IMG/VR virus record: IMGVR_UViG_2531839312_000008
Span: 1,574 to 65,573 of that record
Length of the DNA: 64,000 nt
Direction: 5' to 3' (one strand)
Source: a virus
In this document: in pieces, positions 8,917 through 17,397 of the stretch
Layout: every line of letters starts with the position of its first letter
How positions within the stretch are numbered: position 1 is the stretch's first letter
The notes under the pieces: model-generated
The model's input: the letters and a program-made list of their open reading frames with translations, nothing else
Databases searched by the model: none
Told to the model about the DNA's origin: nothing
Position numbers and translations under genes: made by a program

Positions 8917-9684
8917 TTAAGCTGCTACACCGCTTACACCGAGCATTTTTGAAAGTTTTGTAAGACCTTTTGCAGTAACCAACACCTGCTCAACAACCTT
9001 TTCACTGCCATCAGACCGCTCGACAGTAGTTACCTTGTGCTCAAGAATGCCTGACTGAATGCGATCTTGATAAGCCAGCCAGGTTTTACCGCCAGCACGG
9101 CGATAAATCCAGTGACCTTCCGACATCATTTTGAACAAGAATTTTGGTTGCACCTGCAAGTGCTTTGCTGCATTGGTAATGCACATGCTGCCGTCGGCTT
9201 TTGCGATACGGTCAAGCGCCTCAACATCGGGCTTCATTTCTTCAACCTTATGTTCGAGCGCAATCACTTTTTCGCTATAGGTCAATAATGTTCCGCGCAG
9301 GAATTCAGCATCATTAAGCGCCGCCATTGGGTCGAAAGCTGACTGAAGCTTGCCGGTCTTAAAGTCGATGAAAGTCTGGTTTACTTTCAGACGATATGAC
9401 GCTGAAATCCAGCCGGCATACTCAACCGCCAGGAGTTCATGGGCAAAAGTGCCACCGTGCCGACCTTCTTTTTTAACTACCGAGATCACGGTAGTTTGCT
9501 TATCTAGCTCGTTCATCAGGTTCTGTGTGCTTTCAAGGGCAAGCCAATAAGTTGGCCCATCCTTTTTCTCACCACCGCTAGCCTTGTGAAGTGCATTCAG
9601 GTTAAACCGCCCTTCTGCATCCGTAGTAATGTCAACGCCAGCGATGACAGGCAGTGATTTCTTTGCTACATTAGAATTAGTCAT
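8917..9684 (-). CDS. Antirepressor, KilA-N plus KilAC (ANT) domains
   Basis: D.EGRFNLNALHKASG (KilA-N); KP.VEALDRI...GSMCIT..AK.L...Q.RI..G.LEHK (KilAC). Confidence 0.9.
   Translation of the reverse strand: MTNSNVAKKSLPVIAGVDITTDAEGRFNLNALHKASGGEKKDGPTYWLALESTQNLMNELDKQTTVISVVKKEGRHGGTFAHELLAVEYAGWISASYRLKVNQTFIDFKTGKLQSAFDPMAALNDAEFLRGTLLTYSEKVIALEHKVEEMKPDVEALDRIAKADGSMCITNAAKHLQVQPKFLFKMMSEGHWIYRRAGGKTWLAYQDRIQSGILEHKVTTVERSDGSEKVVEQVLVTAKGLTKLSKMLGVSGVAA
9644..9672 (+). promoter_or_regulatory. Antisense promoter inside the 5' end of the KilA antirepressor gene
   Basis: ATGACA-17bp-TACATT with TGn extended -10. Confidence 0.65.
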
Positions 9685-9753
9685 TAAAAAATCCTTCTGT
9701 GATTGGAAAGGGTTTCGACATACGCCAGTAGCTGCAAACTACTGGCTTTTTTT
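9679..9753 (+). ncRNA. Predicted ~75-nt antisense RNA over the KilA-antirepressor RBS/ATG
   Basis: Promoter above plus terminator GCCAGTAG-ctgcaaa-CTACTGGC-T7. Confidence 0.6.
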
Positions 9754-9909
9754 ATTGCCGTATGCCAGAGCAAACGCGCCATCCCATGCACCTACCTTAA
9801 GTCTAATACCTATTCTTTACTGATCCAGTGAGATTCTTTAAATACCACTTAAATTCAAATAATTAGACTTTTGAATCTACAGCAAGTCCAAAATATTTAG
9901 CATTCAACC

Positions 9910-10734
9910 TTACTCAAGCTTCATCATCCCTTTAAGTCCTGTTTTAAGCTCAAGGCTATTCCTGACCATTTTCACAATCATGCATGAGTCGTTTATTCTG
10001 TCGTAAAGCTTCACCGCCAATGGCGATCCCATTTTTACAAGCGAAGGGTGAAGCTCGTTACGCCAAATCTCGCTAATGACATCCATATTTGTACATGCCG
10101 CATTGATGTTATGTACCTCAGTGGAAAAATCAGTGACGACCTCCTGCTTTGGCATCCACTCACCTTCAATCACCTTTCCAGCCAAGTATTCGACAGCTTC
10201 AGCAGTCTGTCTCGGTGACAGTTCGTCGATATGGTTTACACCGAACTCTTTGTGCACCAACTTATAAACCGCCTGATAGGTCAGCCCATACTTACCCATA
10301 ATGCGGTTTACGATGCCGCGTAGCGGGGTGCGATCGTCAACGGTGGTTTCTGGCCTGCGGACCGCAGCGCCTTTAGTCCAATAATCATGGAGGGCCGTGA
10401 AACATTCTTCCTGATAGCGGATCAAACGATCTCGGATATCATCGCGTACTTTTGCGGGGTTGATGCTGAACAGCCAGCCATTGAGTTTTTTCAGAGGGAT
10501 GCACAGCATGCGTTGCAATCCACCGTTTGTAGGGATGGAGATATCTCCACACCCAAACTTATCCATCTGATTAATAAGCTTTATATACTGACCTTTCCAG
10601 TTAAGACCGATATTCTCAACAACTGGTTTCATCGCCACATAAGCAACACCCGCTGCCATGGCTGTGATAACGCTCTGGCCGTGGAACGGCAAAGAGGTAG
10701 TGTTCACTGCTTCAATAATTGCTATACTGTTCAT
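9910..10734 (-). CDS. ant: P22 Ant-like antirepressor
   Basis: MNSIAIIEAVNT...AGVAYVAMKPVVENIGL...CIPLKKLNGWLFSINP.KVR.DIRD.LI.YQEECF closely matches P22 Ant as I recall it. Confidence 0.93.
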   Translation of the reverse strand: MNSIAIIEAVNTTSLPFHGQSVITAMAAGVAYVAMKPVVENIGLNWKGQYIKLINQMDKFGCGDISIPTNGGLQRMLCIPLKKLNGWLFSINPAKVRDDIRDRLIRYQEECFTALHDYWTKGAAVRRPETTVDDRTPLRGIVNRIMGKYGLTYQAVYKLVHKEFGVNHIDELSPRQTAEAVEYLAGKVIEGEWMPKQEVVTDFSTEVHNINAACTNMDVISEIWRNELHPSLVKMGSPLAVKLYDRINDSCMIVKMVRNSLELKTGLKGMMKLE

Positions 10735-10808
10735 CGTTAGTTTCTCTCAAGGTTACTGACATTAGAGGCCCCGTTAGTGTTAGCGCACTGCGGGGTTTCG
10801 CATTTCTT
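10735..10808 (+). ncRNA. sar: sar-like antisense RNA
   Basis: TGC-TATACT extended -10 at 10720-10728 within the ant start; hairpin gaggccccg...cggggtttc plus T-rich tail; same position and size as P22 sar. Confidence 0.65.
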
Positions 10809-10977
10809 AATGGTCATTCGAACGCTCCTCACGAAGACACCTCGCCAGACGCTGCACGATTGCCGAGTTGATCGAAATGCCATCCATCTCCGCCAAGCGG
10901 CGGATCTCCTCCTTCATGCGCTCCGGCAGGCGTAGCATAAATTTGTCGCTTTTTGACCCTGTATAAAGGGTTATCAT
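10807..10977 (-). CDS. arc: Arc-family ribbon-helix-helix repressor
   Basis: KFMLRLPERMKEEIRRLAEMDGISINSAIVQRL; GGAG RBS; directly upstream of ant. Confidence 0.85.
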   Translation of the reverse strand: MITLYTGSKSDKFMLRLPERMKEEIRRLAEMDGISINSAIVQRLARCLREERSNDH

Positions 10978-10987
10978 AATAGCTCCC

Positions 10988-11050
10988 AATGATATCACCA
11001 TGACTTCAGTGTCACTATGACTCCATTTACTGATAGTGTCAATGTGATAC
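10988..11050. promoter_or_regulatory. Divergent arc/mnt promoter-operator region
   Basis: Repeated half-sites ATCAC/GTCAC..ATGAC/GTGAT (atcaccatgac, gtcactatgac, gtcaatgtgat) between two divergent RHH genes. Confidence 0.55.
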
Positions 11051-11075
11051 CATTAAGAAAATTTAAGAGGTGTGT

Positions 11076-11357
11076 ATGTCAGACAAGCAGGTACGGGATT
11101 ACGACAAATTTATGCTCAGGCTACCTGATGGGATGAGGGATTCCATAGCAGATTTAGCCAAGAAACATGGTAGGTCGATGAACGCTCAAATTGTTCATAT
11201 TCTGGAAGAGTACATCACCCCACCTAAAGTTGATGATATGCCCTACCTTACAGATGCAGAGTTAAAATCTTCTGATAAAGTACAGGAATGGATGAATGTT
11301 CTGTCTGAAAAGATTTCCATTATTGAAAAGGTTGTCAAGAAAAATTTTCCCGAATAG
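11076..11357 (+). CDS. mnt: Mnt-like Arc-family repressor
   Basis: KFMLRLPDGMRDSIADLAKKHGRSMNAQIV plus C-terminal extension; divergent from arc as in P22 immI. Confidence 0.75.
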   Translation: MSDKQVRDYDKFMLRLPDGMRDSIADLAKKHGRSMNAQIVHILEEYITPPKVDDMPYLTDAELKSSDKVQEWMNVLSEKISIIEKVVKKNFPE

Positions 11358-11367
11358 AAATCAAAAC

Positions 11368-11389
11368 AAAAAACCCACCTGAGTGGGCT
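11368..11389. repeat. CCCACCTGAGTGGG hairpin/terminator, copy 3
   Basis: aaaaaacccacctgagtgggct between convergent genes. Confidence 0.8.
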
Positions 11390-11431
11390 CTTGATGTTTT
11401 ACTAGTTATGCAGGGTAAGCCATAATTTTAT

Positions 11432-11863
11432 TTAAGCTTCTTTTGAATCTCCACCCTGGAGTAAAATTTCATCAATTTGGGCATTCAGTGTTTCAGCATC
11501 AAAAATCATTCTAAGTGCCAAAACCCTATTCACTTTTTTGCCTAAATCATAGTCCGACTCGCAGCGGCTTGAATGGGAAGCTCTTAGTTTCATCCCAATT
11601 TTTGCTATCATGGCTTCATCGACATTTAGTAACTTGGCGGCGTCCCCGCTGCAAAGCCAATCACTGAGCCTACGATGAGTGCCTGGGTTAAATTTTGTCC
11701 CATCACTGCTTGATGCAGGTAACGGTTTTCCAGCAAGAAGTCGTAAGGTTGAGTGATACATTGCATAGTAACTGCGGCTTATGGCATTTCTCGTCCAAGG
11801 CTCGCCTTGAACTTCTACGGAAGATTTTGCTACAGCTAAGAATTGCTCGTAATTTATAGACAA
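11432..11863 (-). CDS. HEPN-domain protein (copy 2)
   Basis: RNAISRSYYAMYH...GTH..L...SRCESDY motifs. Confidence 0.8.
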   Translation of the reverse strand: MSINYEQFLAVAKSSVEVQGEPWTRNAISRSYYAMYHSTLRLLAGKPLPASSSDGTKFNPGTHRRLSDWLCSGDAAKLLNVDEAMIAKIGMKLRASHSSRCESDYDLGKKVNRVLALRMIFDAETLNAQIDEILLQGGDSKEA

Positions 11864-11867
11864 TTAT

Positions 11868-12626
11868 TCAATCCTCAACCTCAATTGGCTCAAAGAAAGC
11901 TATACAATCCCTAGATTTAATACCTTTTGATATCAGCAAATCAAAGAGCATGTCGTCTAGCTTGGCGAGATACTGAAAGTCATCCGTTTTTATCCCAACC
12001 CTAAATGCGTAACCACCTTCAGCTTCATCAACGATCGAGCTGCTTACAATCTGCAGGCGTTCTTTATCAGCAATCTCTCGTGCTGCAGCCGCCATTTCTC
12101 CCAACTCATAAGATGCCTCAGGACTCATTTGATTAAGTTTGCCCATAGTCGCCTTTGCTTTAGTGAGAGATTGGGACATCCTTGGATTTAAATCCATAAA
12201 CTCCGTTAACCGATAAGCATGATCGGTAATTTCGTTGAGTAAACCTTTGTGAGCCCAAAGAGCTGCCACCTCAATGCATTGGATTAGCAATATCGGTATG
12301 TTGGTCTTAATACCTCGCTGTGCTAACTCGAACGCCCCTTCATGGAGACCCCATGACATCAGAGATATGAGGTAATTTGACCATGCAGTCCTGTCATTGG
12401 GTGATCTGCTAATGGCTAACTCGCATAGCCTGACAGCTACACCGATGTCACCTTTGACGAAATTTGCTAGCCCTTCAACCAAATACCGCTGAGTAACATC
12501 AGGTAACTTCCTAGCATTATTGATTATTGTTCTTAAAGCGATATCATCAACAAGCTTCTCTCCCTCAAGAATGGAGGGCAAGAGTGCGTTAAGTAACTCA
12601 TTGGTTATAGGTTGGGGTGAGAGCAT
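11868..12626 (-). CDS. TPR-like helical protein, HEPN partner (copy 2)
   Basis: A...CELAISRSPND.TAWSNYL..L...G...A TPR-like pattern; extended -10 TGCTACAAT at 12671-12679. Confidence 0.65.
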   Translation of the reverse strand: MLSPQPITNELLNALLPSILEGEKLVDDIALRTIINNARKLPDVTQRYLVEGLANFVKGDIGVAVRLCELAISRSPNDRTAWSNYLISLMSWGLHEGAFELAQRGIKTNIPILLIQCIEVAALWAHKGLLNEITDHAYRLTEFMDLNPRMSQSLTKAKATMGKLNQMSPEASYELGEMAAAAREIADKERLQIVSSSIVDEAEGGYAFRVGIKTDDFQYLAKLDDMLFDLLISKGIKSRDCIAFFEPIEVED

Positions 12627-12733
12627 GTTTTTGGGGCCTTCCTTGTCAATTGAAAATTATTCTACAGAAGATTGTAGCAACTTCAATGGTGTTTATTTCA
12701 ACAGACATCCCGGGCCTGCCGGCTAAAGCAACT

Positions 12734-12749
12734 GCCCACCTGAGTGGGC
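12734..12749. repeat. GCCCACCTGAGTGGGC hairpin, copy 4
   Basis: Same 16-bp core as 8864-8879. Confidence 0.8.
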
Positions 12750-12770
12750 TGCTTCGACGCTTTGTGATGG

Positions 12771-13298
12771 TCATGCTGCTTTGTCTATAAGACCGGGAAT
12801 GCTAATTTGCCCCTGCTGCTCGAGTCGTTCCATTTTTGCCAGTAACTGTGGCTTTTTCACTCGCCCCCAACGGTTAAGCAATCGGCCTGACATACTGGCA
12901 ACATCCTTTTCTTTCATGTATTCCAGCATAAGCTCATTACGATCTTTTTGGTATGAGTGAGAAATTTCCAGCAACTTGTCACGCATCCAGTTGAATGCCT
13001 TGATAAACGCCTCCTTGATTGCCGCAGCTTTCTTCCCAGTGAATGACATGATGATGTACATAGCGCCATCACGGGAAATTTCATATTCAACATACTGATT
13101 ACCCTTATGTTCATAGGTAACCCGCGAAAAGTTGCTGGTTAGAAATTCACCTGAGCAATCCAGTTTTTCTATTTTCTGGATGATGTGGTGGTGCTGCTTT
13201 CCAAAGTAATCAGCTACCTTTCTGGAGGTGGTGATAATTCTTTCACCTGAAACTGAAACCATGTCACGAAAGTCGATTGCTGCAATTTGATTTTGCAT
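12771..13298 (-). CDS. rha: Rha-family regulatory protein (copy 1)
   Basis: TTSRKVADYFGKQHHHIIQKIE...NF...Y...EISRDG...IMSFTGKKAA..KEAFI.AF. Confidence 0.9.
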   Translation of the reverse strand: MQNQIAAIDFRDMVSVSGERIITTSRKVADYFGKQHHHIIQKIEKLDCSGEFLTSNFSRVTYEHKGNQYVEYEISRDGAMYIIMSFTGKKAAAIKEAFIKAFNWMRDKLLEISHSYQKDRNELMLEYMKEKDVASMSGRLLNRWGRVKKPQLLAKMERLEQQGQISIPGLIDKAA

Positions 13299-13320
13299 TT
13301 CGGTAGTTACCTTTTAGTGA

Positions 13321-13456
13321 TGAACCTTGAGGAATCCGGCCCACAGAAAGGCACCGATAGCCAACCGGTATCCTCAAGGGTCATCCTGAAAGGTTCTGTG
13401 TTTAATGCGCGTGAGATGCGCGGGGATTTATTGCGGACGTAAAAAAGCCCCGCACG
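13321..13456 (-). promoter_or_regulatory. Structured leader of rha copy 1 (terminator, conserved 40-mer, long hairpin)
   Basis: Inverted repeat tgaaccttgagga/tcctcaagggtca; 13417-13456 is nearly identical to 35083-35122. Confidence 0.6.
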
Positions 13457-13520
13457 ATGGCGAGGCTCATTTGATTCAAGGATGCTTATATTCATCCTTG
13501 AAATCTAAAAGGGAAGCGAA

Positions 13521-13964
13521 TTAGTTTGGTTTTGTAGCCAAGCCAGCCGCTACCAACGCTTGATAGTTTGGAATGTACTTCTGAGGGGCTAACAGGCAAG
13601 TGTCGGTATAAGACGCAGAAAACGCATTCTGAGCCTCTTTTCCTGCATATATAGCTTTCACTGCCTGCTGAGCAATATCCTTGTTCTGAGTAAAGTAAGC
13701 GATGACCGAATCCACCTGGCTTGACGTCATTTTGAAAGCATTTTTCCCATAATACATGGCCGTATCTCTGCCGTTTGTACCATTTTGATCAGGAATGCCA
13801 AAAGCAGCACTACACGTAGCCATATAAAATTCAGCAGCTTCAACACATAGCATATTTTCAGGCGGCAGAGTAATCGCAGCTTCTCTACTTTGAGCGCTTG
13901 CTAAAGTCGGAACACTTAAAAGAAGCATAGCATTAAGCAAGTAGTACGAAACAATCTTTATCAT
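13521..13964 (-). CDS. Secreted hypothetical protein
   Basis: AAGGAG RBS at MIKIVSYY; signal peptide ending ASA; Cys pair. Confidence 0.7.
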   Translation of the reverse strand: MIKIVSYYLLNAMLLLSVPTLASAQSREAAITLPPENMLCVEAAEFYMATCSAAFGIPDQNGTNGRDTAMYYGKNAFKMTSSQVDSVIAYFTQNKDIAQQAVKAIYAGKEAQNAFSASYTDTCLLAPQKYIPNYQALVAAGLATKPN

Positions 13965-14127
13965 TATCAAAAACTCCTTGTGTGTAGTCGTCGATAATTT
14001 GCCCCTAGTTTCCTGCAACTTCAAGCAAATTATCCCCCTCACCACACGTAGAGTACTGATCAAATGTCAGGATTGCTTGTAAAGCTGACATAGGCGTAAG
14101 TTACTGTATTTACACGGAGGACACCAT

Positions 14128-14640
14128 ATGGAAAAGTTTGACAGAGCTTTGCAGTTGGAAATTTTAAAGATTCTATATGATACAACCCCTACACCATTGG
14201 ATGACGAACAAGAAAAATCCTTGATTTCAAAATTTTCTGATGAAAATCAATTCATTGCTAACCTATTGTATTTGGAGCAGCATGGGTTGATATTTTCAGG
14301 GGTGTTAAAAACAGCCCAAATGATAGGGGCCTCATTTAATTTTTTTGCCAATGAATGCTCCATAACTTCCAAAGGCATTGATTTTTTATTAGATGATGGA
14401 GGCCTTGGGGCGATTCTTAATGTTCAAACTATTCGATTGCACAATGAAACTATCATCGCATTAGAAGACATTATTTCAATTTCAAACCTTCCTCCTGAAG
14501 AACAGAAAGGGTTAATTTCAAAGCTTCGAGACCTTCCGGCAGACGCCATAAAATATTTGACGAGTCAACTACTGGTGAAGGGCGTTCTGAACCTGCCGGC
14601 AGCAATTCCGATAATAGAAAAATTCCTGCATCATGGCTAA
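14128..14640 (+). CDS. Hypothetical protein with winged-helix-like N-terminus (moron)
   Basis: GGAGG RBS; NLLYLEQHGLI...ITSKGIDFL pattern; low GC. Confidence 0.75.
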   Translation: MEKFDRALQLEILKILYDTTPTPLDDEQEKSLISKFSDENQFIANLLYLEQHGLIFSGVLKTAQMIGASFNFFANECSITSKGIDFLLDDGGLGAILNVQTIRLHNETIIALEDIISISNLPPEEQKGLISKLRDLPADAIKYLTSQLLVKGVLNLPAAIPIIEKFLHHG

Positions 14641-14773
14641 ATTCGCTAGTTTTTCTCTGTAAAGTAAACTTACCCCACCCTAATTTATGACTAAGTAAAA
14701 TCCAAAAATCAGTCAGGGAGTCGGCCGTAATAATTAAGCCATTAGGATGAATGCACGCCGTATAGATTTTCAT
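14471..14773 (-). CDS. Hypothetical protein overlapping the convergent gene
   Basis: GGAGTAGG RBS immediately after the spike gene stop. Confidence 0.5.
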   Translation of the reverse strand: MKIYTACIHPNGLIITADSLTDFWILLSHKLGWGKFTLQRKTSEFSHDAGIFLLSELLPAGSERPSPVVDSSNILWRLPEGLEALKLTLSVLQEEGLKLK

Positions 14774-14775
14774 GC

Positions 14776-15384
14776 CTACTCCGGTTTATCTGTTTCACTC
14801 CCGCCAGACTCAACGCCGCCGTGAACATGGCTTGAAAGCGCAATGCCATTCCCCGTCACTTCCCCTTCAGCAGTGATGGTGCTTGTTGTGGTCACAGTAC
14901 CATCAATTTTCAGGCCATTAGGAGCGACAATATTGATGCCCGAGCCGGTAAACTCGATATATTCAGTTGGGTCGCCATTCAGCAGGCCTATGCCTCCAAG
15001 ATAAACGCCAAATTGGCGAGAATGCCTCTGCCCTGTAGCTGCAGTTGCAGCTGCCTTGCCTGATAGAACGTTAGATATGTCTTCGTCACAGACAAGCATC
15101 AACCCCATGTCACCGGCTTGAGGATTAATGATTATGGCACTACTGCCCATTTGTAGACGGAAATAAGGAATGCCAGACACACTCTGAGAATCGATTTCCT
15201 CATTAGCTGCGTTAACGGGGGTCACTAACGGCTTGACTACGCAAGTCTTGGCATCGCTATCGACACTTTCAACAATAACAATCTCGATGAAGGTTGCCTG
15301 GCGAAGCAACTTTTTGAATACATAGGCCAAAGAGTTGGCTTCTGAAGCGCTGTCATGCGCCATCATGGTGGTTTCAACTGACAC
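14776..15384 (-). CDS. Baseplate central spike (gpV/Gp138-like)
   Basis: IPYFRLQ.G...I...P..GD.G; C-terminal L.SHVHGGVESG iron-binding tip. Confidence 0.9.
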   Translation of the reverse strand: MSVETTMMAHDSASEANSLAYVFKKLLRQATFIEIVIVESVDSDAKTCVVKPLVTPVNAANEEIDSQSVSGIPYFRLQMGSSAIIINPQAGDMGLMLVCDEDISNVLSGKAAATAATGQRHSRQFGVYLGGIGLLNGDPTEYIEFTGSGINIVAPNGLKIDGTVTTTSTITAEGEVTGNGIALSSHVHGGVESGGSETDKPE

Positions 15385-16246
15385 TGGCTACTCCATTTTT
15401 AGGCGTCAATAAAAGGGTTGAGAAGAAAGGACCATTATCCACCCAAGACGATATCTGATGCGCTGATTGAGCGGTGATAACGTATTCGCCTGATGCGTTT
15501 GGAACTGAAGTTGTAAGTTTGACTGCCTTGCCAAGCTCAAATTTGGGGTTATATATAGCAGTGCAGAACACCCCAAACTCCATAAAAGTTGGGTAGCCTA
15601 TGAGTCCCGAGCTGGTTGACAAGGCAATGGTGTTTTCATCGACAGCCTGCCCTTCGATATAGGCATTAACTGTTGAGAAGTCCGTAACGATAAAGACTCT
15701 TTGTCCTCGCACGGCCTCTTCAATTTTAGCAAACTGATCAGCAGCGCCCCCCTTTAAATATATTCCATTGAAAGTTTTCGAAGAATTGCATATACCGACT
15801 GTCATACCCACTTTCTGTGCGATAGTTGCAAGAACTGTTTTGAGAGTCACATTTCCAGCAATGCTGGTATCAGTGATGGGGTTATTGAACGTTAACGGTT
15901 GTGCGATGACCTGTATTTCTAATGGAACATCCGGCGCTTGGCTGTAATCCGGCCTCGCCCATTGAATGACCCCCTCGAAGAATATGACGCCATCCACCTT
16001 GATCCTGATTGTAGTGCCGGGCCTGCTGTTGTACTTAAAACCGCTGCCGGAAATAATCGACATTTGGGATTCGCTTAGCCCGTAAATGCTAGCATCCAGG
16101 GTGTAGCCGCTCATGCCGGCATTGATATTTTGTGATGCGATAATCTTCGCATCTGCGATATGCAATGTGTTGTCGTTAGCTTTAGAAGTGAAAGACCCGC
16201 CAGTCAGGCTGATAGTGACATCAATTTTTCTGGTTTTATACGTCAT
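15374..16246 (-). CDS. Baseplate hub protein
   Basis: Synteny; L...SGLIGYP motif. Confidence 0.75.
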   Translation of the reverse strand: MTYKTRKIDVTISLTGGSFTSKANDNTLHIADAKIIASQNINAGMSGYTLDASIYGLSESQMSIISGSGFKYNSRPGTTIRIKVDGVIFFEGVIQWARPDYSQAPDVPLEIQVIAQPLTFNNPITDTSIAGNVTLKTVLATIAQKVGMTVGICNSSKTFNGIYLKGGAADQFAKIEEAVRGQRVFIVTDFSTVNAYIEGQAVDENTIALSTSSGLIGYPTFMEFGVFCTAIYNPKFELGKAVKLTTSVPNASGEYVITAQSAHQISSWVDNGPFFSTLLLTPKNGVASVS

Positions 16247-16569
16247 GCTGCTGCGCTCTCTAATTCTGCGTTGGTGATGTAACAAAGCTGGAACCGGGTT
16301 CCCAGCTCTGACCATTGAGGATCATCCGCCCCCTGGCTATCGATAAAAAACAGGTCCCCGCTAAAACCGGTTCTTGCCCGGAGATAGCTATAGCGAACCA
16401 ATCGGTTAGCGTTCATACACAACACTCCGAGACAAACGGCGGCATCACCCACCCATAAGTCTAAGTAAAGCCCGGTTGTGTGTTGGTGAAACTTCATCGT
16501 GCATGACACGCTGTCCAACGAGATATTGAACTGTTGCGACATTTCTGCGGAAAGAGTGATTATTTGCAT
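16243..16569 (-). CDS. Small baseplate/tail protein
   Basis: Q.F.I.L...G.Y.DL...G..C.....LVRY.YL...GF.GDL.F.D.QG..DP...ELG.RF.L.Y pattern; synteny. Confidence 0.75.
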   Translation of the reverse strand: MQIITLSAEMSQQFNISLDSVSCTMKFHQHTTGLYLDLWVGDAAVCLGVLCMNANRLVRYSYLRARTGFSGDLFFIDSQGADDPQWSELGTRFQLCYITNAELESAAA

Positions 16570-17396
16570 TAAGAAATCCACGATTTCACTAGTGAATTAA
16601 CACCTTTGACGATTTGTGTGCTGGCCGTCGTTGATTCAGAGCTCCAGGTGGTTGAAACGCTCGTTGCGGCACTATTAACCTCTGTCGTGACCGCGTCAGC
16701 AGTGGTACCCAACACGCTGGAAAGAGTGGCCTTGCCACTGCTGATCGCATTGGTTACGTCTTTGAGGGTTGCATTCGTCACGGAGCTTTGCGTGGTGACA
16801 GTCGTCATGGCTACGCCCGCAGAGGTTTTCTGATTGCTGCTTGTCGCAGAATCCTCACTGATGCTGATCACTTCTTGGAAATAAGCGTTAACCGTCAGTA
16901 AGGTTACGCCCCGCCCCTCTTTCATCTGGTAGTCGTAATGCACCAAGTCGCAAGAGGCAAAAGAAGTATCTGGCGTTTCGATGGTGTAAATGTTCGCGCT
17001 GGCGATCATCTTATCGAGCAGGTTAATGAGCTTCTCACGGGAAAGCGTGGTCAGGTTTGTGAGGTTTGGGATTGCCCCGCTATACCCCGTCCAACCTTCC
17101 AAGGTGAACGTTAAACGAATATCACCCGGGCGGCGCACTTTGTTATAGCTGGTATAGCTGCCTTTTTCGATGGGCGCATTGGCAATCGAAGCATCTGATG
17201 TTCTCTCAAATCCAACCCACGACGTCGGTGTAAATACCGTAGTGCCAGCTGAGAAAGAAGAGGCGTAATCTGAATTACTATCAACGGTCGTTACAGTAAT
17301 GCTGTACCCCGGCTTTAGGACGCTACCAAGGATACTGGACAAGCTTCCACTTTTCACAGCACTTAGTAGCGTTGTTTCACTTAAACTGAATGCCAT
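16569..17396 (-). CDS. Tail-tube initiator / distal-tail-like protein
   Basis: PIEKGSY.SYNKV..P motif; follows the tape measure. Confidence 0.7.
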   Translation of the reverse strand: MAFSLSETTLLSAVKSGSLSSILGSVLKPGYSITVTTVDSNSDYASSFSAGTTVFTPTSWVGFERTSDASIANAPIEKGSYTSYNKVRRPGDIRLTFTLEGWTGYSGAIPNLTNLTTLSREKLINLLDKMIASANIYTIETPDTSFASCDLVHYDYQMKEGRGVTLLTVNAYFQEVISISEDSATSSNQKTSAGVAMTTVTTQSSVTNATLKDVTNAISSGKATLSSVLGTTADAVTTEVNSAATSVSTTWSSESTTASTQIVKGVNSLVKSWIS

Positions 17397-17397
17397 A

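Noticed and set aside
13307-13495. 62-aa ORF upstream of rha
   Set aside because: Spans a terminator and the structured leader with no clear RBS; a leader peptide cannot be excluded but is unsupported
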